From Marsupella aquatica (taxonomy: Eukaryota; Plantae; Marchantiophyta): a stretch of 64,000 nucleotides of DNA. The stretch is from assembly GCA_973895155.1 (NCBI GenBank), contig OZ316897.1, positions 2,049,312 to 2,113,311 on the forward strand. Direction: 5' to 3'. The position numbers and the translations under genes are program-made. Of the stretch, positions 1 to 14,228 are shown piece by piece (within the stretch, counting starts at the first letter, position 1; each line of letters opens with the position of its first letter). Under the pieces are notes generated by a model. It did not search any database. It was not told the DNA's origin and saw only the letters and a program-made list of their open reading frames with translations.

Positions 1-1224
1 GACTGACTGGTGCGCTCAAGGAAGAGCGCCGGATTCGCAGGAGCTTTTGCTCTGCAGTCCCTCAGAAGAGTTCAAGAGTCCGAGATTCGCAGCTGATCGG
101 CGGCGAAACCCCGTCGGTCCTTCCTCTCCTTTCCTCTGCCATCGCATCATAATTTGCTGTTCGGGCCGTCCGGTGACCGTATCGCTCTCGCTTGCTAGGA
201 GGTCCGAAATCGACGCCTAGTGTTCGGGTTTTTCGGGTTTTTAATCCCTCCCGCATGCACGCGGTGGGTGCCAGGGTGCAATCGCAAACGAGGCTGCCAT
301 TGGAAACGGGACTCATATCGTACTCAGGCTCGTCAGAAGTGGATGGGTGTCCCGTTGAGTTGGGAAGAGTGGCGGAGTGTTCAGGAGGAAGATGGCTAGG
401 TGGGGAGTGCGAGAGACGGGAAGCCGTTACTAGTTGGCCCGAGGGATACCTCGATGTTTGGCAGATTGCAGAACGGTAGGCTAAAAGTTCATTGTTGTGT
501 GCGGCACGGTGGTCTGGATTGCGGTTAAGGAGCCAGCCTCGGCGGTTTTCTCCTCTCTCGTCAGTGGAGAGTGGAGGCAGAGAGTTAGTGAGGGCAGAGA
601 GTAGTTCCTACAAAGCAAGTTTGTGGTCCAGTCGGTTGACCTGGGGGAAGAGGGGGAGGAAGGAGAGAAAACGAGTGTTTCTGTTGTTGTGAGGAGGATC
701 TCGAGGATCTCGAGGATCTCGCAGTGATAGAGCAGGGACCACACTGACGTTTCTGAAGATTGGATTCGAGAAAGTAGAAGCGGCCGGACTCCTCCAGGAA
801 GTTGCACGAACGGTGTTTCTCATCATCATCTGAGAATGGGATGGGGCAGTTGTCCAATTGGGAAGAGGATGGTCTGATGCTATTGCTGTGCGCGAGGAGG
901 TGGGGAGTGCAGTATATGGACAGATTTATATGCAGGAGGAAGGATTGTGATGAAGATGATCTGTGGGGAGAGCTCCAGTAAAGTCTCGAGATCTCGAGTC
1001 GATTAGTCCAGGGGAGCTCAAAAGGAGGTCATTTTGGGAGTCCACACTTAATTGTGTGCAGATTCTGGGCAAAAGGAGATGATCTCGATGTGCGGGATTG
1101 AAATTCAGGGGTGGGGAACAGATTAATTGTCTCATGCAGGAGGAGGCTGGCAAAATATGAGCAGGAGCAGGAAAAGACATCCTTTGAAGGAGGACCCTGA
1201 GCGTTCACAGATGTGAGAGATAAG

Positions 1225-3959
1225 ATGAGTTTACCGGATGAGCAGTCCTACAGGAGCGACAAAGTTGTGAAACGATCGGCCACAATAGGGAAGGATCCAT
1301 CGTCCCCATCGAAAATTGGGAGCTCCCCCCATCCAGATCCATTGCTACCAGTCTCCTCAGTCTACGAATCGAAGCCGTCAAGTGGCCTGGGGCTGGGGGG
1401 ATTGCTCTCGGCTAACCACACCAATCACCGGGGCGGAATTGGAAATCGAACCTTCGGCGCAGGGTTCGAGAATTGGATGCCGAAGGGGTACATTCTCGCT
1501 ATCGTTTGCGTCCTGTCCGTCGTCGCCCTCTCCGGGTCTCTGGCATTCGTACTCTCATTCAAACACTCGACCGATGTCAGGGGTATGACGGATGGCGCCT
1601 CGGTCCTCACCGGCCGCTTCCCCGCGAGCCTCTATGGCAGCGCTCGTGAGCTGGACGTGCGAGACGCCGCATGGACGAACGAAATCATGATGTCGCAGCA
1701 CCAGCCGCAGCTTGAGCGGGCTGCCGGTGACCCGGGAGTGACCTGCGATCCCAGATTTGCCGCCCTCAGGGTCTTCATGTATGACCTGCCCTCGGAGTTC
1801 CACTTTGGGATCCTCGGGGACTTCGAGCAGTCTCCGGATGCGCAGAACGTGTGGCCGAGGAATCTGTCCAGCCTGCCGAGGTACCTAGGTGGGTTGTACC
1901 AGCAGCACAGCCCGGAGTACTGGCTCACAGCGGACATTCTCACCTCCAACTTACCAGGGAGAAAGCACGAATGCACGGCAGTGAGAGTGCAAACCCCGCA
2001 GGAGGCGGATATAATGTTCGTCCCCTTTTTTGCCTCATTGAGCTACAATAAGTACACCAAAATGGAGCACAAGGACGGGCAGGATATCAACGAGGAGCTG
2101 CAGGACAAGCTTGTCAAGTACTTGAGGAAGCAGAGACCGTGGCAGGAAACTGGGGGAACTGACCATGTGATTTTGATTCACCATCCGAATAGTTTGCATA
2201 AGATGAGAGATACTCTCAGGTCGGCCATGTACGTGGTGTGTGACTTTGGACGATACCCGGAGGAGACTGCCAACATACGAAAAGACATTGTGGCCCCTTA
2301 CAAGCACGTCATTCCTGTCTATACAGATGACGACACCACCTTCGACACCCGCACTACGCTGCTTTTCTTTCAAGGGGCCATCGTCAGAAAAGAGGTGGGT
2401 AGCAATCAATCTAACTGACGAGAGCCAGGCTTTCACTTCTAGTATTGTGTGCTGCTCAATTGACTACCATTGGAAAGGTATCAGATTCAGTCACGATATC
2501 TCTGTTGTTACGTTTTAGTTGGCTTGGAGATTAGGTCGTTTGTCCTTCTGAAATGGTAGCTATGATTGCAGTCAATGTCAATTCCTCGTTCGGCCATTGT
2601 GAACAATCTTACATTATCTAACAGAAGGGGGCAAGTAGGGTGCTTCATTTCGTCCTTTGTTGCGAATAGTACTGTACTGATCTCATCAGTAGGGAGTCCG
2701 TCGGGCACTCAAGAACCAACCTGGAAATTTGTGAGCTCTTACTAAGTTCCAGTTGATAGTAAATAATTGTCTGCTACCTCAATTCCGAAACCTTTGGGTG
2801 ACAGAGTACCCAAAGTAGTCCCGTCTTGATCAATTCATTATCATCCGAATTATAGGAATGCTGAACTGTCCAAGGGTCAGACCACATTGCTAGTCTCTGG
2901 AACAGTAGTTCAACTTTTGCTCTGTAGAGTCTGGCTCTAGGTGTATGCTAGTCTCGGTACTTCAGATAATGTCATTCATCATTATTTTTATCACAATACT
3001 TGATGACTCTGTTTGTATCCAAATGCTGGTACTTCTGCTCTAATTCATTCATCATTACTTGTACCGGAGTACTTGAATAGCACTAATAACTACGATGTTC
3101 TAGTCCTTTTGGCTGTCTGTGGGTAGCACTGCTGAAATTGTTGTACTTCTTTCGACCTCTCGTCATTGCTGCTATTCGTTTGTTGTGGACTATTTCTGAA
3201 GATCTCACGATTCTACCCTTCATGTTCCCGTTGAATAATCCCAGCCAACAGATTGCTTGAGTAATCTGTGATGCATTCAATTATTGGTTTTAGTTTAAGC
3301 AGTCAAGCTACATGGCATAACACCATAGCATCTTTTGCACTTTTACTACCAAGGAATGGACTGATCTGAACGAGGTGGTATTGGAGGTGCAGGGTGGTGT
3401 AATACGTCAACATCTGGGCGAATTGCTTCAGAGCGAGGAAGGAGTCCATTTTGTGACAGGGAATACGCAAAGCAATGGTATTAAAAGTGCTACCGTCGGT
3501 ATGCGGAATTCAAAGTTTTGCTTGCATCTCGCCGGGGACACTCCCTCGTCCAACCGGCTATTCGACGCCATTGCCAGCCATTGTGTGCCCGTTGTAATAA
3601 GTGATGAGATCGAACTTCCGTTCGAGGATGCTCTCGATTACTCGGAGTTCTGCCTTTTCATCCGGTCAGCCGACGCCCTGAAGAAGGGTTTTGTAATAAA
3701 GCTCCTGCGGGCTATAGCGAAAGAGGAGTGGACCAGGATGTGGCTCCGATTGAAGGAGGTGGTCATCCATTTTGAGTACCAGCATCCAACTGAGCCAAAC
3801 GATGCGGTAAATATGGTGTGGAAAGCAATTGCAAGAAGGTCTCCAACTGTAACATACAACATCAACAAAGGCAAGCGCTATGCCAGATCAGGTTGGCCCG
3901 ATCCACGACTGCGTCGACTCCGTCGGCTAATATCAGCACGCACAGAACTCATGCTATAG
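1225..3959 (+). CDS. Exostosin-family glycosyltransferase (GT47), ARAD1-like probable arabinosyltransferase; exons 1225-2394, 3393-3959
   Basis: N-terminal TM segment (ILAIVCVLSVVALSGSLAFVL), GT47 motifs LRVFMYDLP, QHSPEYWL, AD.FVPFFASLS, KDIVAPYKH, SKFCLHLAGDTPSSNRLFDAI.SHCVPV.ISD.IELPFED. Phase-0 GT..AG intron 2395-3392 joins VRKE|GGVIR. Confidence 0.93.
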
Positions 3960-6180
3960 GAAAATATGACTGAAGAGAAGGAGAGCCAGTTTGCAGAGTG
4001 TATCTAGCTAGGTATTCTGTAAGTCAAGTTGCTGTTCAAGGTCACTGCCATGGGTTCATTTGGCCCCCGTGTAGTTCATCATCAATTCATTAATGCCTAT
4101 AAGAGCACGAATACTGTGCCAAGGGCATATGCCCCTGCATTCTTCACAATGAAATTGGAACCTGGGACTGTCATCCCGCGGACCTTCGGGTCCGCAAAAT
4201 TGATTCCGCTCGGGTAATTCTGTCCATATGTCCTCATGATTTGGAGATAATTTTTCTGCCATTCACGTGCAACTGATGTGGGAACGGACACGATCTTCGA
4301 CCAGCGTGCTTCGACCAGTATGAAGTGATTAATCTTCGACCTGTGCTACAGCTGTTTCCATACGATGATCGGGTTTGGACGGTGTTGGTCTCAAGCCACT
4401 CCCTTTTCGGTAAACCGCTGCGAATGCAGATGAGCAACAGTACACGAAGGATTCCTTACAAGGAGGAGCTTTTGATGAGGTATCATTAAGTCTCCATATC
4501 GCACATCTGTGCTTATGATATTCATCTCCGGAGTCCGATCATGCTCTGGAATTTCTTGCCCTGAGTTTCCTTCATTATTCCCTCTTGTGCTTTCGATCTC
4601 TCCACCGATGACACATCTGGCAAGAATTAGATTGCGATGAGCTAACTAGTCGCGGGCACTCAGCAGTAAACCATTATAGCGGTAGCCACCATGTAGCTAT
4701 CGCTGTAAATGCGGTCTGCAATTCATTTGGAGTGAGAAAGGAATGGTATTCAATGCAGGTTGGCTCTTTTCCAGATCCTGCTGTAACTTTCCCCGAACAG
4801 TACGATAGACTCCGCGCAAAGGAAACAGCGGTACCAGGGTGGACCGTGGATGTGCTCGATCCTAATGTCGGACACGGTGTAAAGTTCTGTTTGGTCAGAA
4901 TGTGGGTCACTGTATGTCCTCACAAGATGCAGACAAGTGCCAACTAGTGATGGAAATGCTCGAGCGTGCAGAAACGGAGATCGAATGATTGGCATCCTCC
5001 TAAAACAGATTATTCTCAAAACAGTAGACGGCATAACTGTCGATAGATGACGCAATACTGTCAGGATTGAATATAGATCTCCGGTCAGTTACAGATCTCG
5101 TATTTTGAGGAGGATCCTGATCTCGACAAACGATGCATAACAGATGTCCGATCTCAATGGTGATTTCACTCTCCGACTGATGGGCGATAGATTCCCAAAT
5201 AATCTGAGAAGTTAGTCCAGCAACCACAATCTGGAGCCTTCACGTTCTACAACTACCTTCGAGAGAAAAATTAATCAAGGTCTGGATCCGTTATAAATGT
5301 CCGGCCTTAGAATTATTTAACCTGAAGTATAAACAGACTCAATCATGGACGCCGCATAGATTTCCAATGAGCAGATTCAATCCAGGTTATGGGAGCTTTA
5401 TCGGTTTATGACAGTGGGGGGATTTGAGCTGAGCACAAAATCGTCGAGTAGAGGCTATTAATCAACCCTTCCGTTCCCTTTCATATTGTATCACTGTACT
5501 CTATGGCATTTGACCTGAGCTGAAGGAGGACGAGCAGAAGATCTTTCTTTCTTTCCTCTCGTTCACCAACTTTGGCTTGAAGGAGGATGCATCTGTAAAG
5601 TTTGCAAGCCCATTCAATGTACTCTTTTTAAAGTCCTAACAACCCATTGATCTATCAAGAAATGTGCCAGAGAATTGAACGATTCTGTTCTCGATCTGCC
5701 CATTTCGAATCACCACGAGAAATGTCTCTACAAAATAGGCCTTTGAAAACTCTTTGACAATAATTGAGCTGAGCCACGATGAGCTGGGTGTGGCACGTGA
5801 TTCACCATCAACGGACGCTTACCACGTTGCACAATTTTACTGGGATCACCGACAAACACTGGGACGAATTATTGATTGGAAACTGAGGTGGTTTGTGAGA
5901 GTACAGACCGTGGAAGTCACCAGTTCATCCACACCAAGGTCTTCCAACATGGAGTCAAACCCCCTCTTATTCCCAGATCCGTAGGGGTTACCCTCTGGTG
6001 TGGTGGTGTGGTCGTGTGGTGAGGTGTGGAGTGCATTTATAGATTTTGTTGGAGATGTGTGTGGTATGCTTCCAGGTTAAACCACACCTGCCCCTGTAAA
6101 TGGCTCATTCAGTTCACTTCATTTATGTAAGGTGGTGAACAGTGTCTCTCCATAAAAGAGGGAGCCCTTACCAATAAAAG

Positions 6181-6340
6181 GTTATGCACTCACCACCTTT
6201 TGCGTTATGCACTCACCACCTTTTGCGGAGCTCAAGTCCATTCCTGAACTTGTGAACTTTGTAATGAGAGTAGGAGTAACCAGTAGTACTCTATCGGAGT
6301 TGTAATGAGAGCTAGGGGTAACCAGTAGTACTCTATCGGA
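6181..6340. repeat. Two short tandem duplications (GTTATGCACTCACCACCTTTTGC x2; TTGTAATGAGAG..GTAACCAGTAGTACTCTATCGGAG x2)
   Basis: Direct inspection of sequence. Confidence 0.8.
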
Positions 6341-6536
6341 GCACTAGTGGTTTAACTCGACATCAAAAAGACCAAAAAGTAGCACCAACAATGTTTAGGG
6401 ATTTAGTATTGTCTTGCATGTACATCATGTTAGGCATTTACTCTTCGTTTAGGGTTACAACTGTAACCATAGTTAGGGTTTACCTGAGCCACAGACTAGG
6501 TTAGGTTAACTGAGTTACAAATTATATCTCAAATGG

Positions 6537-6777
6537 TGTTTGCTTGGATATGAGGAACTCATGTTCATTGTTACAAAACCAATTGAGAGATAGAGAGATC
6601 TTGTATTACGAAAACTCAATATGACCGACAGGCCTAGAGTACAGTAAAGCTCATATGTGTTCCTGTGGACGTAGCTTCAAGTTGAGATGAACCATGTATC
6701 TCTATGTGTTGACTACTTGTGTGTTCGATGGTTCATGAGTTTGCCGTCGTGAATGTCGTCTTTGCTCATCACATCAA
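6537..6777 (+). mobile_element. Possible decayed solo LTR / LTR fragment
   Basis: TG...CA bounded, contains GTGGACGTAG..GAACCATGTA..TGTGTT, a motif common in plant LTR U5 regions; no TSD, PBS or PPT found. Confidence 0.3.
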
Positions 6778-9749
6778 CCCTTCAGAATGCAGCCATTCAG
6801 AATGTGAAACTTTCGCAATAATTAACAACTCAATCCTACTCTCTAAATAGGGGGTCTCAATTATGAGACTGCGGATTTAGGAAACAGGAACAGCCCTGGT
6901 CCGCTATGTGTGTCTGGTCACCACCTGTGGACTCTGCAAGTAAACAAGTTGAATGGGTATTTGAACCGGCCTGCCTGGAAGGAATTTTTTTGAAATTGGG
7001 GAGTTGTTTACTTGTGCAGTGTCAGGCTTCTTAAGAGCAAATGTCGTCGGGTTCACTCACACCAAAACGGTCATGGGAACAATCGGCTCCTGGTCCTGAG
7101 GTGTGATGACCTCAGTCTCATAATCCTACACACTTTTGCGGACGTTCATTTGGGCCCTGTCCCGCGCAGGCCATACACATCCACACTCTCATATTTGATA
7201 CATGTTGAAAGCGCCAAGTAGCCCGTGTCCCTGCCATTAAGTACTGCATTACAAGGAACTATGCAGGGAATTGAGGCTGCACGACATTTAATACCTGCTT
7301 GTGGTTGTCTTATTTGACTATCAAAGGTTGGGACACTGAAGGGTTGGAGAGTTTCCGTGTCTTGGCCCTTCAAAATCCTAGATTAGTGCCTTCAGGACTG
7401 CCTCACTTAGGGGAAAGTCTTGCTCACCAAGGGGCGCCACCAGTTATGTAAAGGGCTGTGTTTTTCAGGACAACCCTTAGGCTTATCTGGCCTGGCTTAG
7501 GGTTAACTCAACCATCAAAAGGTAGCACCGACCGTGTTTAGGGTTTAGGGTTTATCTGGGTATCTTATTATAAATTTCAAACAGAAGCTAGGGAATAGGC
7601 TTCTAGAGTGAAGCCTCTAGACTGTGACTCTAGGGCCCCACCAAAATTGCAGATGGAAAGAAAGATGGGATGTATGTATGTCAAAATCAATCATGTATGA
7701 TTCATTTTTTTGGTCATCATTCTTATTAAATGTTCAAAGAATGGGCATTCAGACTTGTATAGAAAGAACACTAGTGTACAAAGAACAGCATTCAATGATA
7801 TAAGAGAACTCAGAGTTATTGTGGTCTTGAGAATGTGTCCAATGTGTGGACACCTGTGGGAGCAACACTTGAAAGAACAATTGGGTTAAACGTGATATGA
7901 GAAATCTGTCTTATACATGAATAAGTGTGACATGACAAAGTGCACTATATGGTGCTTTTCACATGTGAAAAAGGGTGATTGTGGGACTCTTGTGCCCACA
8001 GTCAGACTGTGGAATGGAAAGAAATTCAAAAAATAATTGAAGGGGGTTATTTTCAAATTGGGAGCAAAAAAGAAAAAATGTGTAAAGGCTAAACATACAA
8101 TTTCAAATAGATGAAAAACAAACAAATACCTCCATATGACAAATTAGAAATAAAGTAATAAAAACGAAGCCATAGGGAGTCTCCAAGCTTCATAGTTACA
8201 GATAATGGCTTTTGGCCGTAAACAAAATGGCCATAGCTTCTTCACAGGGTTATGTAGAGTTATTTTCTTTTGCTAGTCTCTATAGTGATTTATGGTCATG
8301 GCATATGACCAATTTTCATGGCAAATAGTTTATGGCATCCATCATGACTTTTATGCCTGTAAACTTTAACTACTAAGTTAAAGCTCATCAAACTTCTAGG
8401 TTTGAGACCCTCTAATAGCCTGAGCAGGTGGGATTGGCCATACAAGAGCTCCATTTCCATCCAAGTGTGACTGAGAAATCCTTGTTGGGAATCCTTACTA
8501 TTGCAACTTGTTTGAATTTTCTGACATTGCTCTGTTTGGAACAAAAATAGAGGTTTCATTGTCCCCAACACCACCAAATCTGGTGGTCGGGGTCTAGAAT
8601 GTAGGGGGAGGCTGAAAATGTGATAGCAGTGATGCCTCTGCAAATCTTCCACCCTGCTGAAAATGGAGGTTACAAGACTGTCGCTGGGCACCAGTAGAGA
8701 TGCTTAATCTTAACCCAATAGTTATGGTACATCAAGTTTTGAGACCCCTAGTACAGTTGTCTTTCTATAAGTGCACACTCCCAGCAAGAAGCATCCGGTG
8801 TGCACTGAACGTGGTTTATCCTCTTTGATAACTGCAAACCTATAGAATTGTGCACTTATTGGTTTTTTTGTGTATGATTTATATGTCTTTGTTAAATGTG
8901 CAAGTACGTGCAAGTATTCTGGTCAGTGAACTTTTGTGACTCTCACCCAAAATTGTAGACCGCTGCCCGACATTCAGTCCCCTACTAACAAATGCCATGC
9001 ACTTATCAGTAAGTGAAATTCAATGGGATTCTGCACTTACCAATAACTCTTCACATCCACACATCAAGAGCTTGCACTTATAAACTCATCGTTTAGCTAG
9101 GGAAAGTTTGTCAAACCCTTTTGCACTTACAAAAGGCACTAAAAAGTGCAAAAATTCATGTAAAAAGCAGGGGGAAATGGGTCACCTTGCACTTAGCAAA
9201 GTTTTGCAGTTATGGAGCATACGGGCTCCCAGGATGACACCACCAGCCAACACTTATCCATAGAATGCAGTATGCTATAAGTGTACTGAATGGCATTTAT
9301 GCAACTCTCCATATGTGAATGGTCTGCACTATCTAATAAGTGCATGGGAAATTATTTACGTGTTGAGCATAGACGACATTTGCAACGGCAAGCCCATGAA
9401 TCATCCAACGCACAATAGTCGACACAGAGAGATACATGGTTCACCTCCACATGAGGCTACGTCCACGGGAACACACAAGAGCTTTACTGCACTCTAGGCC
9501 GACTGGCCATACCAAACATCCACAGCACAAGCTCTCCCTATTTCTCAACTAGCTCCATAACAATGAGCCTTTGTTCCACCAGGGTCTGGCATCAGCCCTG
9601 GCTATATGCACAACAGCACTACCGCTAACCTTAGCTAGGTCCTAACCCGAGTTAGCCTAACTGTGGTTAGCACAAGAGTCACAAGACTAGAGCAATATCT
9701 AACATTACGCACAATTACATTGTGTTGTCAGGTCACACACATTGGCCTC

Positions 9750-10000
9750 CACTATTCAACTGGATCAGTGCATGAGACTTTTTATGTAGTTGTTTGCTGC
9801 ACTTATTAATGAATGCTTCTATCTATGCATTGCACTAATTGATACAATCATGCATGTGTACACTTATAGACAATAATGCACTTATTTATTTGTCATTTAG
9901 GGCAGTATATTGTAGTTAGTGAGGGTCAACCTGCACTTATGCAAACTGCAATGTTTGGTGCATTTACAAAGAAAATTTCTGTAATATTAGGGGACTACCG
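9750..10000 (-). repeat. Dispersed repeat (GCACTTAT-rich family), inverted homologue of 39600-39820
   Basis: Reverse complement gtagtcccctaatattacag...tagaagcattcattaataagtgca...catgcactgatccagttgaa aligns with 39600-39820; GCACTTA motifs are dense across 8750-10700. Confidence 0.6.
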
Positions 10001-11657
10001 AACCCCTAGAGTTCACTAACTAAGAGTAGAGGTAGATTGAACAACTAGAAGAATGTCAGGGATTTTGAGTGGGCTACCTTGTTGTGGCTCTTCTGGCCAT
10101 ATTTGTTTGTTTGTTGGTTAGTTTGCTTGTTTTTGCTGGCCTTCAATTCAGCTGTTTTGGTGCTTGCACCCTTTGTTCTCCTTCTTGGGTGACATTTGTT
10201 GCCTTGCATAGTATGGACTGTAAAAAACCGTCAGCTCACACTGGGCAGCTTACGCGGATCATGAAAACACACTCAATCACACCAAACCAACGAGACATCA
10301 CCGATAGAGAAATTCCTTAAAAATTCATAGCAAATGAAAACATGAATGAAGGAGAGAATGCTCTCCCTCCAATCTACACTCCCCTAGGGGAACTAAGAGG
10401 TGTGGGTCTAAAAGTAAATTAATGTTATTCTATTCTAATCTAATCAATTGATTATAGTGACTAACTTGAGTCAATTCCTCACATTATCAAGCACTCTTTT
10501 TCTTTGAAACAAATTAAAAAGGGGGGGGGGGGCTACAAGATTGGTCTACACTTATCCACTAAATGCACTTATACACACTGCGTCCTTTCTTTGAACAAAA
10601 AAAGGGGGGGACTAAAAAGATGGGTTTACACTTAACCATGAAATGCACTTATAAACGGGGTTCGCTGTAAGTCAAGATGCATCAAGTGCATCAGGCCTTC
10701 GTGAACTCGTCATGATTGCTCGAAGTTTTAATCGGCATCTCGAATGACTGGAACGACTCGAAGTAGCCGGCGAATTATGACGAAGAGGGCCTTCGATTTC
10801 AATCCTCGCTTGACCTCTCTGTTAATCAGTTCACCTCTCGAAGAAACAAATTCACAGTGTTTTCACGAATGTACGTAACTCTGATGCGTTGATTTTTGTC
10901 GCTCCATCGATTGCTCTTTTTGCTTCAATAGAGCTCGAAATTTGTGCTCTGGAAGAAAGAAAATTAGCCGGATGACTGTAGTGATGTTTAGGCGAATGTA
11001 CCCAACTCCGATAGACTGATTTCTGCCGCTTCATCGCTCGATTTCTCGATTGCTGGAGTAGAGTGTAGTGCAAGTTGAGGACTGATGCCTGGGCACGACA
11101 AGGGTAGGACATCGCGCAGTGAGGAATCTGTGAACAGTTGCTGGGTAGAGGGATCGATCGATTTCCGGATTTAGAGTTTAGACGAAGTGGGGTTCAGTGT
11201 GAATGAGAAGAGATCAAGTTTTACTGAATGGGTTTGCGTTTTCTGATGTCTGTTTTGGTGTAGATGAGATGATGTGACGATGAACGAGTTTCTGTCCTGT
11301 CCAGCTACTTAGTGATTGAGTGAGTGGGCCTGTTCACCGATGGCGAGGGAGCTCATTGCCCTCGGGGGCGGCTGCAGAGTCGTCTGGCGTGGATTTAAGC
11401 AGGCGTTGGCAGAATCGCTGCCGGTGGCTCCTCGCCCTCTTCACCACGAAGGAAATGCTCGACAACAGAAGATCGGGGAGACCATAATCGTGGCCAGAGA
11501 TTTATCATCTTCATCATCATCAGGACGAGGAGGATGGCGAGATTTTTTAGCTAAGAGGACGATGGGCAGTGGAGGAATTTCTAGTGGCGGGATAGTCGAT
11601 ACTTGTTCGGAAGGTTTGTCGACCTTACTCTCTCCGTCACGTCGACCAGATGCAACA

Positions 11658-14228
11658 ATGCTCCAGCGAACCGCCGCGGTTGTAGTTAGGAGATGTAGTC
11701 AGCAGCTCACCGGCCTACAGGGTAGATCAGCATCGAAGTCATCGGCAGCATTTGAAGGCGGGGGTCTTCATCAGAAGCTGCAATACAGCAGCAGCAGGAC
11801 TATAGCTAGTCGGTCGTCTCCCGTATCCTCGATTGTGAATGGGCAAATGGAGCAGAGCCGGCTGGTGGCTTTGATGACCGCATCAGCAGCTGCAGGCGCA
11901 CGGAGGAATCTTAGCAGCAGCTCAGGAACAGCAACGTGGGCGGAGCGGTGGAACAAGCTCAAAAATGCTATCCGTCCGAAGGAGCAGCTTCAGTCTAAGG
12001 CAGGAGGAGGAGGAGCAGCGGCTAGCCTAAACCTGAAGAAATCTCTGGGAGGACGGCTGGATGTTCTGTCTGAGGTGGCGAGCCCTATAAGGAGGACTTT
12101 CTCCCATTACAGAGAAGCAGTGGGTCTCCAGATAGAAGCGTTTTGGAAGAGGAATTATCTCGTCGTTGTGGGGCTCGTGGGCCTTGGAGTCTGTCTCCTC
12201 CTGTGGCGTCTCATGTTCGGGATTGCTAGCACCTTCATCTCCATGTCGGAAGGCTTGGCGAAGTTCGGGTTCCTGGCGCTGGCTGCAGCGATGGTGATTG
12301 TGGGGGTAAGCGAATTAGCAAACTCCTCGCCAAATTTGCTTGATTGCCGTGATTGGATTGTCAATCAAAATTTCAAGTTCTTCTATGATCTACATTATGC
12401 ATCTGAGATAGAAATGTGAATTGAAAGTAATTCTTTGCCATACAATGAGGGAGAGTCAGTTGACACACTAAAGACTAGGAATCCATTCGGCTACCTTTGT
12501 GCCAACTTATGAAGCTTGTTTAACTGTCAAGAGTAAATGTGGAACGCAAATGGCCAAATTTGAAAGGTTGCAAATATGAATTGTTGTACTTTCATAATTA
12601 AAATGAGAGTTAGGTCTAGAATACGTAAAGAGAGGAACATGACTTGCAGTAATGCCATACCTTACAATGATGGGTGAGTCTACATTGATTATCAATAAAA
12701 ATGTAGAAACATAAACTGGGGAACTTTGTGCCGAATAATGCAACTCAGGAAGCCTAAATGGTTCTGTGCTGTGAAGGGAGGCTATCAGGAAGAGAGTAGT
12801 TCACATAATGGTCCATGTCTATCATCCCGCTGATCTCTCCTCTGTAATTAGTTTGTCGAGAGATAAGACTGCCAACAGTCTTAACGGTCTGCAATTACAA
12901 ATTCGGTGTATAGATGAACTATGTGCCTGCATTTGAATTACGAAAATTTGTAACTAGTGTTCTGTAGGTCGCTTGGCATCGGCTGATCCAAGCGAACTAG
13001 ACAAAACGCCAATCCAATCCCTCATAGAATGGTTGTGTGGCCAACAATTTGTCCATTTTTTGCCTCTATTCGCCATAAAATTCGTCCACCACCTGTTCTA
13101 GCCCTGTCATAGTACTTGCGTGTCTTGTCCTGCAAAGTTCTGCTGCCTGCTTCCAGTGTCTTGTTCCCTTGATTTTCTTTGCCATTCAGGAGAGTACCTT
13201 TTGTTGGTTTTTCTCTTTTTCACAATTCTTCATGTCGACTTTTGTTCTAGATGTGCTGAATAGATAGACAAGTGACTCACATTGAAGTTCTTTCTTCTTT
13301 TCAGGGTGTTGTTCTGCGGGCAAGACACACCATAAACCCTGACGCGGTATATAGAATTGCCATGCGTAAGCTGAACACATCAGCAGGTGTTCTGGAAGTG
13401 CTGGGCGCCCCATTATCAGGCAGTGATCTGCGTGCATACATTATGTCGGGAGGGGGTTTCCGAATGAAGAATTTTAGGCCAAGAGTAGCTGGCAAACGAT
13501 GCTTCATTATATTCCCCATCCATGGAGCAGATCGTCGTGGGCTTGTAAGCATCGAGGTCAAGAAGAAGAAAGGGCAGGTGAACGAAGAGCTCTCCCTTAC
13601 GCCAATTATTCTCCTCTGAGTTTCGGGTACGACTGCCTGTTCTGTAGGCTTAGTAAGCTGGCAGACCCAGTTTCGAACCCAAACTATCATAATGGAGCTA
13701 TGCACGGTAAAAGAGAATGCTCTATCGAGTGGCGTACTCTTGTCTAAACGGGCAAGGCACTCAAAAGAAATTTAAAATATAGGCCATGAGCTTTGTTGAT
13801 ATCTTTTGTGACATTGCTGTACTTGTGTGTTGCAGTATAATTTCAAGTTACTTGCGGTAGATGTACCAACAGCTGGAGCTGATCAGCGGTTGTTTCTGAT
13901 GGGTGATGAGGAGGAATACAAAGTTGGTGGGGGCCTCATGAATGAATTGAGGGATCCCATAATCAAGGCTATGGCCGCACAGAAGGAGTTTGATGAGCTA
14001 GATCTGAGGGAAGACGAAGATGAAGAAAGGAAAGCCATGGAAGCAGAGCAACAGCGAGTACAGGAAGAGGTTGACCGGTTGGCAAAAGAACAAGAAGCTC
14101 GGGAACAAGATGAGCTTGAGCCATTGAAAGATGAACGAATAGCACTGGACGACCTCGAGACCCCAGCAGAGCATCAAGGAAAAGATGCTAAACCGATGAG
14201 GGCTCAAGTCGGATATGTAGGTCCGTGA
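11658..14228 (+). CDS. Tim21-like mitochondrial inner-membrane protein (AT2G40800/AT3G56430 family); exons 11658-12305, 13305-13577, 13836-14228 (in-frame upstream ATGs at 11340 and 11562)
   Basis: Family motifs YREAVGLQIEAFWKRN, LWR.MFGIA.TF...SEG.AK.GFLAL, TINPD.VYR.AMRKLNTSAG.LEV.GAPLSGSDLRAY, GLVS.EVKKKKGQY..KLLAVD.P, LRDP..KAMAA.KEFD; S/R-rich presequence; canonical phase-0 GT-AG introns. Start codon uncertain. Confidence 0.88.

Noticed and set aside
62-1180. Short ORFs upstream of the exostosin gene
   Set aside because: GA-rich leader/promoter sequence; no recognisable products.
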